Assembly: GCA_000004695.1 (NCBI GenBank)
Contig: CM000154.2
Coordinates: 4,320,001 to 4,384,000, forward strand
DNA length: 64,000 bases
Direction: 5' to 3'
Source of the DNA: Dictyostelium discoideum
Lineage: Eukaryota
The position numbers were made by a program, and so were the translations under genes. Below the pieces are notes generated by a model. The model was not told the origin of the DNA and made no database searches. It saw only the letters and a list, made by a program, of their open reading frames with translations. Below, piece by piece: positions 24,171-38,105 of the stretch (positions are counted from its first letter, which is position 1; each line of letters begins with the position of its first letter).

Positions 24171-25073
24171 ATGAAAGTAGAATTAGATATTAGTGAATTA
24201 GAAAAAATATTTTTCAATAAAAAAATTTTATTTATTAAACTTTTAAATTCAATAATAGTTGTATCATTTAGACATATTTCAATTTATTCTCATTCACCAT
24301 TTACAACCAATTTCAAAGAAACTAGTAAAGATATTTTAAATATTTTGAAAAAAAATGGTTGTTTATCATTTCTTAGAGGTTCAATTTTTTATGATTTCTC
24401 CACTATGCTTGAAACAGCAATTAGATCATATATATTGAAATATTCATTCGAATTTGGTATTTTTCGAAATGGGGATAGTAAATCATTACGATTATCAAAT
24501 GAAATTTTGAAATTGTATTTACAGTATCCTAAAAAGATGTTATTCGATTGTTTAGTTTATTCAAAATCAACTATAAACATAACAGGTATTGTAAAATTGT
24601 TTTTATATTATTCAACATCAACATCACCATCACCATCATCGTCATTATCAATATTATCAGTATTATCACCATCGTCATTAAGTAAATTATATGATAGTAT
24701 TTATCATGGCTCATTTTATTCAATAATGTTGATGTTGTCATCTAAATTTATTGAAGATTATGTTTGCAATAAATTAGACTACTATTTAAATAAATATTTT
24801 AATAAATATAATCATGATAATAAAACAACCAGAATCATTATTAGATCATTGGTTAAATCAATAATCGTTTCACCATTTTATGTTATTGATTCAATTTATC
24901 CAAGTTTAGTAATCTCATCTTTAGTATTGGATCAATCAATCCCTAGATTGGTTGACCCAATTTCAATAGCAATTACAATTTATAAAAATCATGGTTTTAA
25001 TTACTTTTATAAAGGTTTATTACCACAATTTACTCTTGAATTATTTACATCTTATTTTAATTCTAAAAATTAA
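24171..25073 (+). CDS. 300-aa polytopic protein, divergent mitochondrial-carrier-like
   Basis: Length ~300 aa with three internally similar hydrophobic thirds. The C-terminal ...KNHGFNYFYKGLLPQFTLELFTSYF resembles the carrier motif G(F/L)RGLYKG..P.L.R. and ...SPFYVIDSIYPSLV the PFDVIKTR-type helix. The canonical P-x-D/E-x-x-K/R salt-bridge signatures are not conserved, so the assignment is tentative. Confidence 0.35.
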   Translation: MKVELDISELEKIFFNKKILFIKLLNSIIVVSFRHISIYSHSPFTTNFKETSKDILNILKKNGCLSFLRGSIFYDFSTMLETAIRSYILKYSFEFGIFRNGDSKSLRLSNEILKLYLQYPKKMLFDCLVYSKSTINITGIVKLFLYYSTSTSPSPSSSLSILSVLSPSSLSKLYDSIYHGSFYSIMLMLSSKFIEDYVCNKLDYYLNKYFNKYNHDNKTTRIIIRSLVKSIIVSPFYVIDSIYPSLVISSLVLDQSIPRLVDPISIAITIYKNHGFNYFYKGLLPQFTLELFTSYFNSKN

Positions 25074-25104
<31 letters not shown>

Positions 25105-25361
25105 ACAGCAAATCACAAGATATTTTTAAAAAAGTTCAAAGAAAAAAAAATAAAATAAAAATAAAATAATAAAGATATTGTTTTTTTTATTCATTCCAAA
25201 AGATTATTATTAAATTTTTTTTTTTTTTTTTTTTTTTTCTTTTTCTATCTGGTTATATTTTATTTGAAAATAATTTTATTTATTGCTAGAAATTAAAAAT
25301 ATGATGGTGTGCGGAGGGGAGGTGGGTAGTTAAAAATGGGGAGTTTGTCGTATGACCCTAG

Positions 25362-25402
<41 letters not shown>

Positions 25403-25442
25403 AAAGCTTTTTTTTTTTGAATAATTACAAAAATGACGAAGT

Positions 25443-25462
25443 GTCAAATTTAAATTTGACAG
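25443..25462. promoter_or_regulatory. perfect 20-bp palindrome TGTCAAATTTAAATTTGACA ~235 bp upstream of the C2-domain gene
   Basis: Exact inverted repeat (10+10, no spacer) read directly. It sits in a locally G-rich stretch (gtgcggaggggaggtgggtag at 25308-25328), unusual for this genome. Confidence 0.4.
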
Positions 25463-25566
25463 TTTCAGACCTTTTTTTTTGTTTATATTATTAGAAATTA
25501 AGATTTTTAGTTTGATCCGTTGTTAGGGATCTTTTTTATCAACAACACTTTAATTAATTTTAATTT

Positions 25567-25607
<41 letters not shown>

Positions 25608-25694
25608 TTTAAATTCCTTTTTTTTTTTTTGTTTTTTTTTTTTTTTAAAACAAAAAATAAAATATAAAAAAAAAATTTTAAAGTAATAAAAATT

Positions 25695-25972
25695 ATGTCG
25701 TCACTAAAACTTCAAGTTAATAGACCACTAACTCCTACACCGACTCCAACACCAAATTCAACTCAAACTACTGTAACACCATTAAAAAGAAGTTGTTATT
25801 TAGGTCGTGCTGGTCCTTACCATGATGAGTTACCACCTGGAAGAACTAGAGCTGAGGTTGAAGAAGCCAAAAAATTAGGAATTTGCTTAGAAGATATTAC
25901 AATTTATAAAATTACAATTAAAAGAGGAATTATAAATAAAGCAACTGATTTAAATGGTTTATCTGATGGTTT

Positions 25973-26067
<95 letters not shown>

Positions 26068-26100
26068 GTTTATAATTTAATAATTTAATTATTTAATTAT

Positions 26101-26156
<56 letters not shown>

Positions 26157-26598
26157 TTTATTTGTGATAGGATATTGTAAAATATTTAAATCATATAGAG
26201 ATGAATTTGGTGATCAAATTAGAATTAAATTATTTAAAACTCAGGTTTGTAAAAAAACATTAAAACCAGAATGGAATTATGAAGGAATTTATTCAATTTT
26301 TGAAAGTTGTCAAAATTTACGTTTAGAACTATGGGATAAATCTTTACTAAAGAATGATTACATTGGTTGTAAATCAATCTATCATAAAGATATTGAGTTT
26401 GGTGAACCATTAGAAGTTGATTTACAACTTTCATATAAAAAGAAAATTGAAAAAATTGTTGGCTCTGTCGTTATTTCCGTTGAAAAATTAGAAGTAAACG
26501 AAGAAAATAAACAAAAATGTTTAAATGGAACTAATCTTTATGATAGACTTCATGTTAAACCAAGAAAAATTAGAGTTCCTTCAAATTTCCAAAATTAA
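25695..26598 (+). CDS. C2 domain-containing protein, ~233 aa: join(25695..25968,26171..26598)
   Basis: Exon 1: MSSLKLQVNRPLTPTPTPTP...LNGLSDG. The intron is GTTTGT...(TAT)n,(T)n...GTGATAG (25969-26170, phase 1). Exon 2: YCKIFKSYRDEFGDQIRIKLFKTQVCKKTLKPEWNYEGIYSIFESCQNLRLELWDKSLLKNDYIGCKS... is a C2-fold signature (T.NP.WNE...F......L...V.D.D....D..IG). The intron contains ~90 bp (TAT)n and a 50-nt poly-T. Confidence 0.6.
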
Positions 26599-27031
26599 TA
26601 AAATTAAATTTTAAAATTTTAAATAAAATATTTTTATTTAATATTTGTAATTACAATAACAATTTAATAATAATAAAAAAAAAAAAAAAAAAAAAAAAAA
26701 TTAAAAAAAAAAAATCAAAAAAAAATTTATTTTTAGTTTTTGATTAAAAACACCTTTTTTCACAAATTTTTTTTTTTTTTTTATTAAAAAATTGTTTTCT
26801 TCTTTCTCTCAATGGAAGGTGATAAAAATAAAGAAATTCTATTTTGGAAACTTTTTAGAAATGTTTATATTTTCAAAATAATTAAATCATATTTAAAAAT
26901 AAAAACCAACTCTTTTAGATTTGTAGGTTTTTTTTTTTTTTTTTTAATAGGTTGATATTTTTATTAATTATTAAATATTTATTTATAAAAAGGGGGTATA
27001 TAGTTATGATGAAATTAATAGTGTAGAATGG

Positions 27032-29692
<2,661 letters not shown>

Positions 29693-29971
29693 TTTAATTA
29701 ATCTTTTTTTTCTTTTTGGCACCGTTGAAAGTAAAAACTATTTAAAATGATCACAAAGGATTGTGTTTTGGAAACAAAATTTTTTAATTTTTTTTTTTTT
29801 TATTTTTTAATTTTTTTTTTTTTTTTTTTGCTTTTTATTGATTGTTTTCTTCTCTCGATGGAAAGTGATAAAAATAAAGAAATTCTATTTTGGAATGTTT
29901 TTAGAAATGTTTATATATTTAAAATAATTAAATCATATTTAAAAATAAAAACCAACTCTTTTAGAATTGTA

Positions 29972-30006
<35 letters not shown>

Positions 30007-30087
30007 AAGCAATAATTTATTAATTATTAAATATATATTAATAAATAGGGAGTATATAGTTATGATGAAATTAATAGCGTAGAATGG

Positions 30088-31209
30088 ATGATTAAGAATA
30101 ACTATTACTCACTTTTAAGAGATAAAGTAAAGAATGGTGATCCAAATTTATCGTTTGTTTTAAAAACATGTTCATTACCAAAAAACAAAGATTTATTATT
30201 CTTCTCAAAGAGATTTAATTTAGATATTGAAAATGATATTGATTTTTCAAATAATCATTTATACACCTGTAATTTTATAAATACAAATTGTCAAAATAAA
30301 ACTTTTAATTTAGAAAAACCATTTAAATACTCACTTTTTAATATTAGTTATAATAATAATAACAATAAAAATAATAAAGAATTTTTAAACGATAAACAAT
30401 TTTATAAAGCATTATTTAAAAACTATTATAATTATTTTTTATTTCCAGAACAATTACAACTGCAACAACTGCAACAACTGCAACAACAACAGCCAATACC
30501 AATTAATGGTATTATATATAAATTAATAGTTTATTATGATAATGATATTGCATTAGATATAATAATAAATGAATATAAATTATTAAAATTATCAACATCC
30601 AATGATTACCAATCATTAATAATATTAGCAATTAATAATCATTCATTTAAAGTTACAAATTATCTTTATAAATCAATCATTGAAAATCAAATAAAAATAA
30701 ATTTTAATCATTCAATAATTTGGAAATTAATTTTTCCAATTTATAAAATTAATGGAATTGATTTATTATTTTATAAACTAGAAAATCTATTTTTTAGTAA
30801 TAATAATCAAGATAATAATTTAATAATTCATAAATCAACTAAAGTTGATCCAATAATTAAATATTTAATATTAAATAATAATAACAATAATTTAGAATTT
30901 AAATTATCAATTAAATCAGTACCAAAAGAACTTGAATTATTAAATTATAGAATCGATTATTTAGTATATCAAGTAACAGTAGAGACATTATTAAATTCAT
31001 GTTTTACTATTTCAATTCTAAATATATCATCAGAGATTTGGAAATTAAATAAATTAAATTTATGTACAACTAGTTTTGGTTCAAGTGATTCAATTACAGA
31101 TAAATTATTACAAGAAGATTATCAAATATTATCAATTGATCAACTAAATCAATATAAATCCAAGTTAATAAATTTAAATATTTTACCAACTATAATTAGC
31201 GATTTAGAT

Positions 31210-31276
<67 letters not shown>

Positions 31277-32619
31277 GTGTTGAATTTATAATTTCCAAAC
31301 TTATAAAAATGATTACATATTTTTCAGTAGATAAAAATACAATTAATAATCATTTATTTTATTCAATAATGTATTATGATCATAATAAAGATGATGATGA
31401 ATATTATAGTGGTAAGAATAATAATAGCAGTGGTGATAATTTAAAAATAATAAAGAAAAGAAACTTCTTTAAATTAATAACAGGAATAGAAGAGAGAACT
31501 ATACTTTTTAAATATTGTAAAGGTAAAAGAGAATTACAAATTCAATTTTTAAATTATTTTTTAGAAAATCTTGGAAAAACTGTACTTTTAAGTACATTCA
31601 AATTATTTATTGAATTAGATGTTCATTTAGAACTTATGGACATAATTACAAGAGAATTAAAATTAAAACTATTCAACAACATACCAACCCAACCACTCCC
31701 TCCTCATACTCTTACTCAATATTCTTCAAAACCAGTACAACAGCCACAACAACCACTTCAACCAATATTAGTATTTGAAACACCAAATTCAATTAGAATG
31801 TTTGATTATCTTTATAATAATGATAATTTACCGATGTACAGATTTGAAATTAGTGAAATTTTATTTAAAAATAATTTAGTATCCAAAACAACATCTTCAT
31901 CATCATCAAATGATTTCAAAAGAAATGAAAATGAAAATCATTTAAATAATAAATTAATAGCTATTTTAAATCATTTTAAAATAAACTATACATTAGATTA
32001 TGAATCTCAATTGGAAAGAATTAAAAATGAAGTCATATCACCAACATTAAAACAATCAACAATTAATTTCATCTTTAATAATTTTAATGATTTTAAAGAA
32101 ATTATAATATCAATTTTTAATAATAATATTAATCATACTAATAATAATAGCAATATCAATAGTGAAGAAATTTTAAATAATATAAACAAACTAAAATATT
32201 TTTGTAATGGTTTAATAGATTGTTCAATGGATGGATTATTACCATTATATAATTATTTAGAAACTAATAATAGAATAGAGATTGAAGATGATTATGTTTT
32301 AGTTGAAATTTGTAAACGTGGTGATTTAAATGGTTTAGAACAAATTTTAATAAGAAATAATAAGTTAGTAATTAAAAGGGTATTAAGTTGTTCAATAGTG
32401 TTTGGTCAATTGAAGATGTTTGAATATATAAATAGCTCTAAGCATAGTTGGATATTGTCTAATTTATCAAATACTACATCCCCAATTTCATTATATGATT
32501 TTGACCAATTCATTGAATATGCAATCAAATATTGTCAATACCATTTTATTGATTATTTTAGAGACGTTTTAAAATTAAAATTAAAATCACTTTATAACAT
32601 TAATAAATCATTTATTTAA
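30088..32619 (+). CDS. hypothetical 843-aa protein, paralog B of the tandem pair
   Basis: Collinear with 27032-29692 at ~85-90% aa identity over most of the length, with indels in the N-terminal 100 aa and the poly-N tract. It has the same conserved upstream mini-ORF (29857-29970, MESDKNKEILFWNVFRNVYIFKIIKSYLKIKTNSFRIV, ending GTAATT). Confidence 0.6.
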
Positions 32620-32726
32620 ATTAATTTTAAAATTAAATAATTTTATTTACATCTTATTTTTTTTTTTTTATTTTTTTTTTATTTTTTTTTTTTTTATTTT
32701 TTTTAAAAATATTAACTATAAACTAA

Positions 32727-34592
32727 TTAATTGAACTCTTCTTTAATAATTAAACCATTTGACCATTGTTGGAATGCCCATTGAGTTTTTTGAACACGGT
32801 TACCACCATAAGTGAAATCCATAAACATTTCATATGCTGAATTTTCACCATCGACAATTGTTTTTAAAACTTTAGCTTCATGAATAGTTGCGTTACTGAC
32901 AAAAGCTTCTTCAGCAGCACGGTTGGCAGCTTTACCAACACGATTGGTTGAATCACCTTTTTCAAACATAACAATTTCGTCATGATAGTATTTTTCAAAT
33001 ACTTCTAAAATCTTATTATCTTGAATACCTTTAATAACTGCTTCTAAATTTGCTCTAATATCATGTGTTTTGGTAGTTTCTTCGGTGGTGGTTTGTTCAG
33101 ATGCTACAACAACTGCTGCTGCTTCTTCAACTTTAGTTTCTTCAGTGGTGGCTGATGCTGATGCTGGTGCTGGACCTTTATTTTCATTGAATTCTTCTTT
33201 AATTACTAAACCATTTGACCATTGTTGGAATGCCCATTGAGTTTTTTGGACACGATGGCCACCATAAGTGAAATCCATAAACATTTCATAAGCGGTATTA
33301 TCACCATCAACAATTGTTTTTAAAACTTTAGCTTCATGAATAGTTGCATTATTAACAAATGATTCTTCGGCTTTTCTATTGGCTTCTTTACCAACACGAT
33401 TGGTTGAATCACCATTTTCAAACATAACGATTTCATCATGATAATATTTATCAAATACTTCTAAAATTCTACCTTCTTGAATACCTTTAATAATTGAATC
33501 TAAATTTGCTCTAATATCATGAGTAACTGGTGGAACAACAACTGCTGCTGCTTCTTCAACTTTAGTTTCTTCAGTGGCTGGTGTTGGAGTTGCAGCTGGA
33601 GCTGGACCTTTATTTTCGTTGAATTCTTCTTTAATAATTAAACCATTAGACCATTGTTGGAAACACCATTGAGTTTTTTGAACACGATGACCACCATAAG
33701 TGAAATCCATAAACATTTCATAAGCGGTATTATCACCATCAACGATAGTTTTTAAAACTTTAGCTTCATGAATAGTTGCATTACTAACAAAGGCTTCTTC
33801 GGCTTTTCTATTGGCCTCTTTACCAACACGATTGGTTGAATCACCATTTTCAAACATAACAATTTCATCATGATAGTATTTTTCAAATACTTCTAAAATC
33901 TTATTATCTTGAATACCTTTAATAACTGCTTCTAAATTTGCTCTAATATCATGTGTTTTGGTAGTTTCTTCGGTGGTGCTGGTGGTGGTGGCTGGTGCTG
34001 GAGTTGCAGCTGGAGCTGGACCTTTATTTTCATTGAATTCTTCTTTAATTACTAAACCATTTGACCATTGTTGGAAACACCATTGAGTTTTTTGGACACG
34101 ATGGCCACCATAAGTGAAATCCATAAACATTTCATAAGCGGTATTATCACCATCAACAATAGTTTTTAAAACTTTAGCTTCATGAATAGTTGCATTACTA
34201 ACAAAGGCTTCTTCGGCTTTTCTATTGGCTTCTTTACCAACACGATTGGTTGAGTCACCATTTTCAAACATAACGATTTCATCATGATAATATTTTTCGA
34301 ATACTTCTAAAATCTTATTATCTTGAATACCTTTGATGATTGCTTCTAAATTTGCTCTAATATCATGAGTAGTTGTTGTTGTTGGTGTACTAGTAGCAGT
34401 GGTGGTGGTGTTATTTGTATTTGGTGATGTTTCAGTTGCAACAATTGTTGTTGTAGTTGCTTCAGTAGTTGGAACTGGAGTGGTTGTAGTTGGTTCTGTT
34501 GTTGGTGCTGCGACTGGTTCTGTTGATTTTTTATTATCTTTGGATTTTTTAGATTTACCTAAACCCAAAACTTTCTTAAATTTCTTGAACAT
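32727..34592 (-). CDS. 621-aa protein with four tandem NTF2/SnoaL-like domains (~140-aa units) behind a Lys-rich N-terminus and Thr-rich linker
   Basis: The four-times repeated unit is THDIRANLEA(I/V)IKGIQDNKILEVFEKYYHDEIVMFENGDSTNRVGKEANRKAEEAFVSNATIHEAKVLKTIVDGDNTAYEMFMDFTYGGHRVQKTQWCFQQWSNGL(I/V)IKEEFNENKGPAPA. The YE.FMDFTYGG...Q..W.FQ.W.NG.I..E.F pattern is typical of the NTF2-like/SnoaL polyketide-cyclase-like fold. The DNA repeats are >90% identical. Confidence 0.6.
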   Translation of the reverse strand: MFKKFKKVLGLGKSKKSKDNKKSTEPVAAPTTEPTTTTPVPTTEATTTTIVATETSPNTNNTTTTATSTPTTTTTHDIRANLEAIIKGIQDNKILEVFEKYYHDEIVMFENGDSTNRVGKEANRKAEEAFVSNATIHEAKVLKTIVDGDNTAYEMFMDFTYGGHRVQKTQWCFQQWSNGLVIKEEFNENKGPAPAATPAPATTTSTTEETTKTHDIRANLEAVIKGIQDNKILEVFEKYYHDEIVMFENGDSTNRVGKEANRKAEEAFVSNATIHEAKVLKTIVDGDNTAYEMFMDFTYGGHRVQKTQWCFQQWSNGLIIKEEFNENKGPAPAATPTPATEETKVEEAAAVVVPPVTHDIRANLDSIIKGIQEGRILEVFDKYYHDEIVMFENGDSTNRVGKEANRKAEESFVNNATIHEAKVLKTIVDGDNTAYEMFMDFTYGGHRVQKTQWAFQQWSNGLVIKEEFNENKGPAPASASATTEETKVEEAAAVVVASEQTTTEETTKTHDIRANLEAVIKGIQDNKILEVFEKYYHDEIVMFEKGDSTNRVGKAANRAAEEAFVSNATIHEAKVLKTIVDGENSAYEMFMDFTYGGNRVQKTQWAFQQWSNGLIIKEEFN

Positions 34593-36001
34593 TTTTATTA
34601 TATTATATTATAACTTATTATTAAATTATTTAATTATTTAGATTATATATTTAAAATTAATTTATTTTTTTATTTATTTATTTAAAAAAAATTACTATGA
34701 AATTTTTTTTTTTAATTATTTTTTTTTTTTTTTTTAAAAAATTTTTTTTTTTTTTTATATGAAATTATTATTATTACAAAAAGTATTAATATATTTATTT
34801 AATTATTTATTTATTTATTTTTAATTTTATTCAAATAAAAAAAAAATTTTTGGTTCTAATTATAAATGAATGAAAAAAAATTTTTTATTTTTTTTTTTTT
34901 TTTTTATTTTTTTTTTAATTTATTTTTTTTTTTTTTTTTTTTTTTTTTTTCAGTTCCAGAATATTAAACCCGAATTGAAAAATAACGGTAACAAATGAGA
35001 AGGTTTTTTTTTTTTGGTATGAAAACGATTATTGTAAAATTATTTCGGGTTTTTTGTGATCAAAAGCAAAATTTTTAAATATATGGGGCCAAGGGAAAAA
35101 AAAAAAAAAAAAAAAAAAAAAAGGAAAATTTTGGTGCCAGTAAATTTTTTCCTAAAGTTAAATTTTTGGTGGCTTCTTTCCAAAAAATAAATAAAATTTT
35201 TCTTTTACTTAATAAATAAAAAAAAAAACTATGTAAAAGAATAAAAATAATGAAAATTATTGTTTTAAAAATTAAAGTTTAATTACTTTTTATTTGGGTT
35301 TTTTTTTTTTTTTTATGTTTAAAATAAAAAATGAATAATTTATAATAATTTTCTTTTTTAGGTTTTAAATAATTCATTTATTGTTTTATTGTGGTGGGTT
35401 GACATTTTTTTATTTTTTTAATCGAAAAACATTGGATATAACTTCACTTTTTTTACTTTTTTTTTTTTTTGATAATTTTTTGGTTTGGCAAATTATTAGA
35501 AAAATATAAAAATAAAAAGAAAATTCTAATGAAACTTTTACATAAATAAAAACCAATTGACATTAATCTTATTATTATTTTTTTTATTATTTTATTTTTC
35601 TTTTCAAAAGATATTTTTTTTTTCTTTTTTTAGGTTAATATCTAAAAGATTTAATCACCAAAAATAAAAATATAAAAAAAAAAAATAAAAATAAAATTAA
35701 AATTAAAAATAAATAAAAAATAAAAAAAATTAAAAAAAAAAAAAAAAAAAAAATTAAAAAAATTGAAAAAAATATTAAAAAGACTATAAAAAAAATATCC
35801 TGGGTACTTTTTCTTTACACAGTAAAATAAAAAGATTTTTTAAATAAAAACAATATCTCCTATAAAATTAAATTAATTTTTATTTTTTTTTTTATTTTTT
35901 TTTTTTTTTCAATTTTTTTCATGTGAATGTATACCCCAAAAACATTTGGGATTTTCAGAAAAAACAATTAACGATAACTCCTCATAAGTTTCATAAATTT
36001 T

Positions 36002-36053
<52 letters not shown>

Positions 36054-36437
36054 ATTAAACAAAAAAAATAAAATAGAACCTATTAGGTTGTATAAAAAAA
36101 GACAACACACAACCACAAACACACAAAAAACATCATTATAACATTACATATAAATATACGAAGCCACACTTTTTAAAAAAAGAGACTTTCTCCCCCTGTG
36201 TGTATGTATTTTTTTTTTTTTTTCATTGAATATTTTTTTTTATTTTTTTTTTTTTTTTATTCTTAAAAAACCAATCTTTTCTTTTTTAATACTAATACAA
36301 ATAAAATAAAATTATAATAATAGTAATAATAATAATACTTTATAATATTTATTTTTATTTTATTTTAAAATAGTTTATAAAAAAAAAAAAAAAAAAAATA
36401 AATAAAAAAAAAATAAATAAATTAAAATAAAAAAATA

Positions 36438-37592
36438 ATGATAACTATTTCAGAAGAATTAGAGAATTATTCTCTTTCAAAATTTTTTGAAAAATGTTAT
36501 TATTATTTATTTAAAAATTGGTCAACAACAACCACCACAACAACTGCAACTACAAAAACAAAATTAAATAAAAATAAAATTAGTAAAAAGAATGAAAAAA
36601 ATCATATTTCACATCAAACTCAATATATAAAAAATGACAATAATTCTTTAAATAATAGTAATAGTAACTGTTGTAATAGTAATAATAATGATAGTAATAA
36701 TAATATAAAATTAAAAAATGAAAAAGAAGAATTAATTAATAATAATAATAATGAAAAAAAAACAATTTATTCATTAGTTGGAATTGAAGAAGCACCAGAA
36801 CATTTAAAAAGAGAATTTATATTGAATGGATATAGGGTAGATTTTTCATATTTATTATGTTTTAAATCAGTGTTGATATTTGGACATAACGATTTCGCTA
36901 ATATACATAGTCATTTAATACCGGCATTGTTTTTTATGTATACATTGTGGGGAGTGTTGACAGGATCGAGTGGAGGTTATAACGATTATGCAACTTTTGA
37001 TAGCGGTGACAAGATAGTGTTCACCATATTCATTGGGGCAGCCATCACCACCTACATCCTGTCGTTCCTATATCATACGTTTGGGTGCCACTCATTATGT
37101 ACCTATTCGAAATTGTTGGTATGTGATTATTTGGGAATCATCCTATTGATAGGGTCTAGTTTTTTTCCACCACTTTATTATTCGTTCAAGGCGAATCATA
37201 TCGGGTTAATGATATTTTATATGGGTTCAATTACAATGTTGTGTTTGTTATTGGCAATCATGGTTTTAATACCATCGTTGGCCGATAAGAATACTCTAAG
37301 AAATACTTTATTCTGTTTAACGGCTTTGTTTGGTATTGTGCCTTCAATTCACACACTTTTCATTTACCCAGCCCAAGAGGTGTATTACTTTATATTCCGT
37401 TTGGTTTGTATGTTTTTAATTTATGGTGCTGGTTTATTAGTTTACATCTATAGAATTCCTGAAAGTTTAATACCTGGTTATTTCGATTCAATTGTAACAA
37501 GTCATTCAGTTTGGCATTTCTTTACTGCTTATGCTACTTTTTTTAGTTTAAATACTTATTTAGAATTATATAGTAAAATTTCAAATCTATAA
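36438..37592 (+). CDS. PAQR / hemolysin-III / adiponectin-receptor family 7-TM protein, 384 aa
   Basis: After a poly-N/T N-terminal region: ...EHLKREFILNGYRVDFSYLLCFKSVLIFGHNDFANIHSHLIPALFF (PAQR motif ..GYR...S......F..HNET.N(I)W(S/T)HL). Seven hydrophobic segments follow. The C-terminal ...SHSVWHFFTAYATFF matches the family HxxxH motif. Confidence 0.75.
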   Translation: MITISEELENYSLSKFFEKCYYYLFKNWSTTTTTTTATTKTKLNKNKISKKNEKNHISHQTQYIKNDNNSLNNSNSNCCNSNNNDSNNNIKLKNEKEELINNNNNEKKTIYSLVGIEEAPEHLKREFILNGYRVDFSYLLCFKSVLIFGHNDFANIHSHLIPALFFMYTLWGVLTGSSGGYNDYATFDSGDKIVFTIFIGAAITTYILSFLYHTFGCHSLCTYSKLLVCDYLGIILLIGSSFFPPLYYSFKANHIGLMIFYMGSITMLCLLLAIMVLIPSLADKNTLRNTLFCLTALFGIVPSIHTLFIYPAQEVYYFIFRLVCMFLIYGAGLLVYIYRIPESLIPGYFDSIVTSHSVWHFFTAYATFFSLNTYLELYSKISNL

Positions 37593-37684
37593 AATAAATA
37601 AATAAATATATAAAAATAAAAAATAAAAATAAATAAAAATAAATAAATAAATAAATAAATAATAATGTTCCTTATTTGGAAATA

Positions 37685-37724
<40 letters not shown>

Positions 37725-37774
37725 AAAACATAAAACTTTTTTTAAATATCTATAAAAGATTTAAGAAATTAATT

Positions 37775-37823
<49 letters not shown>

Positions 37824-38105
37824 AATTTACCATCTTAACTTCTTTTAATCAAAAAATAAAAAAAAACAACTTTTTTTTGGTAAATCTTGGAATTAGATAA
37901 ATAAAACAAATGTAGGGGGAACAAAAATCCTAAAATTTCAAAACTTAATTTTTTAAGAAGTATATATTTTTTTATTTATTTTAAATTGAATTTTTTTTTT
38001 TTTTTTTAGATTTTTTTTTTTTATTGACAATGACTTTATTTTTTTTTTTTTTTGTTTGCATTAAATTAATTTCCCACCACACACCCCGCACAATAAATTA
38101 TCACA

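Noticed and set aside
35923-37900. ORFs 35923-36141 and 37676-37900 (poly-Lys)
   Set aside because: Translations of intergenic poly-A tracts flanking the PAQR gene.
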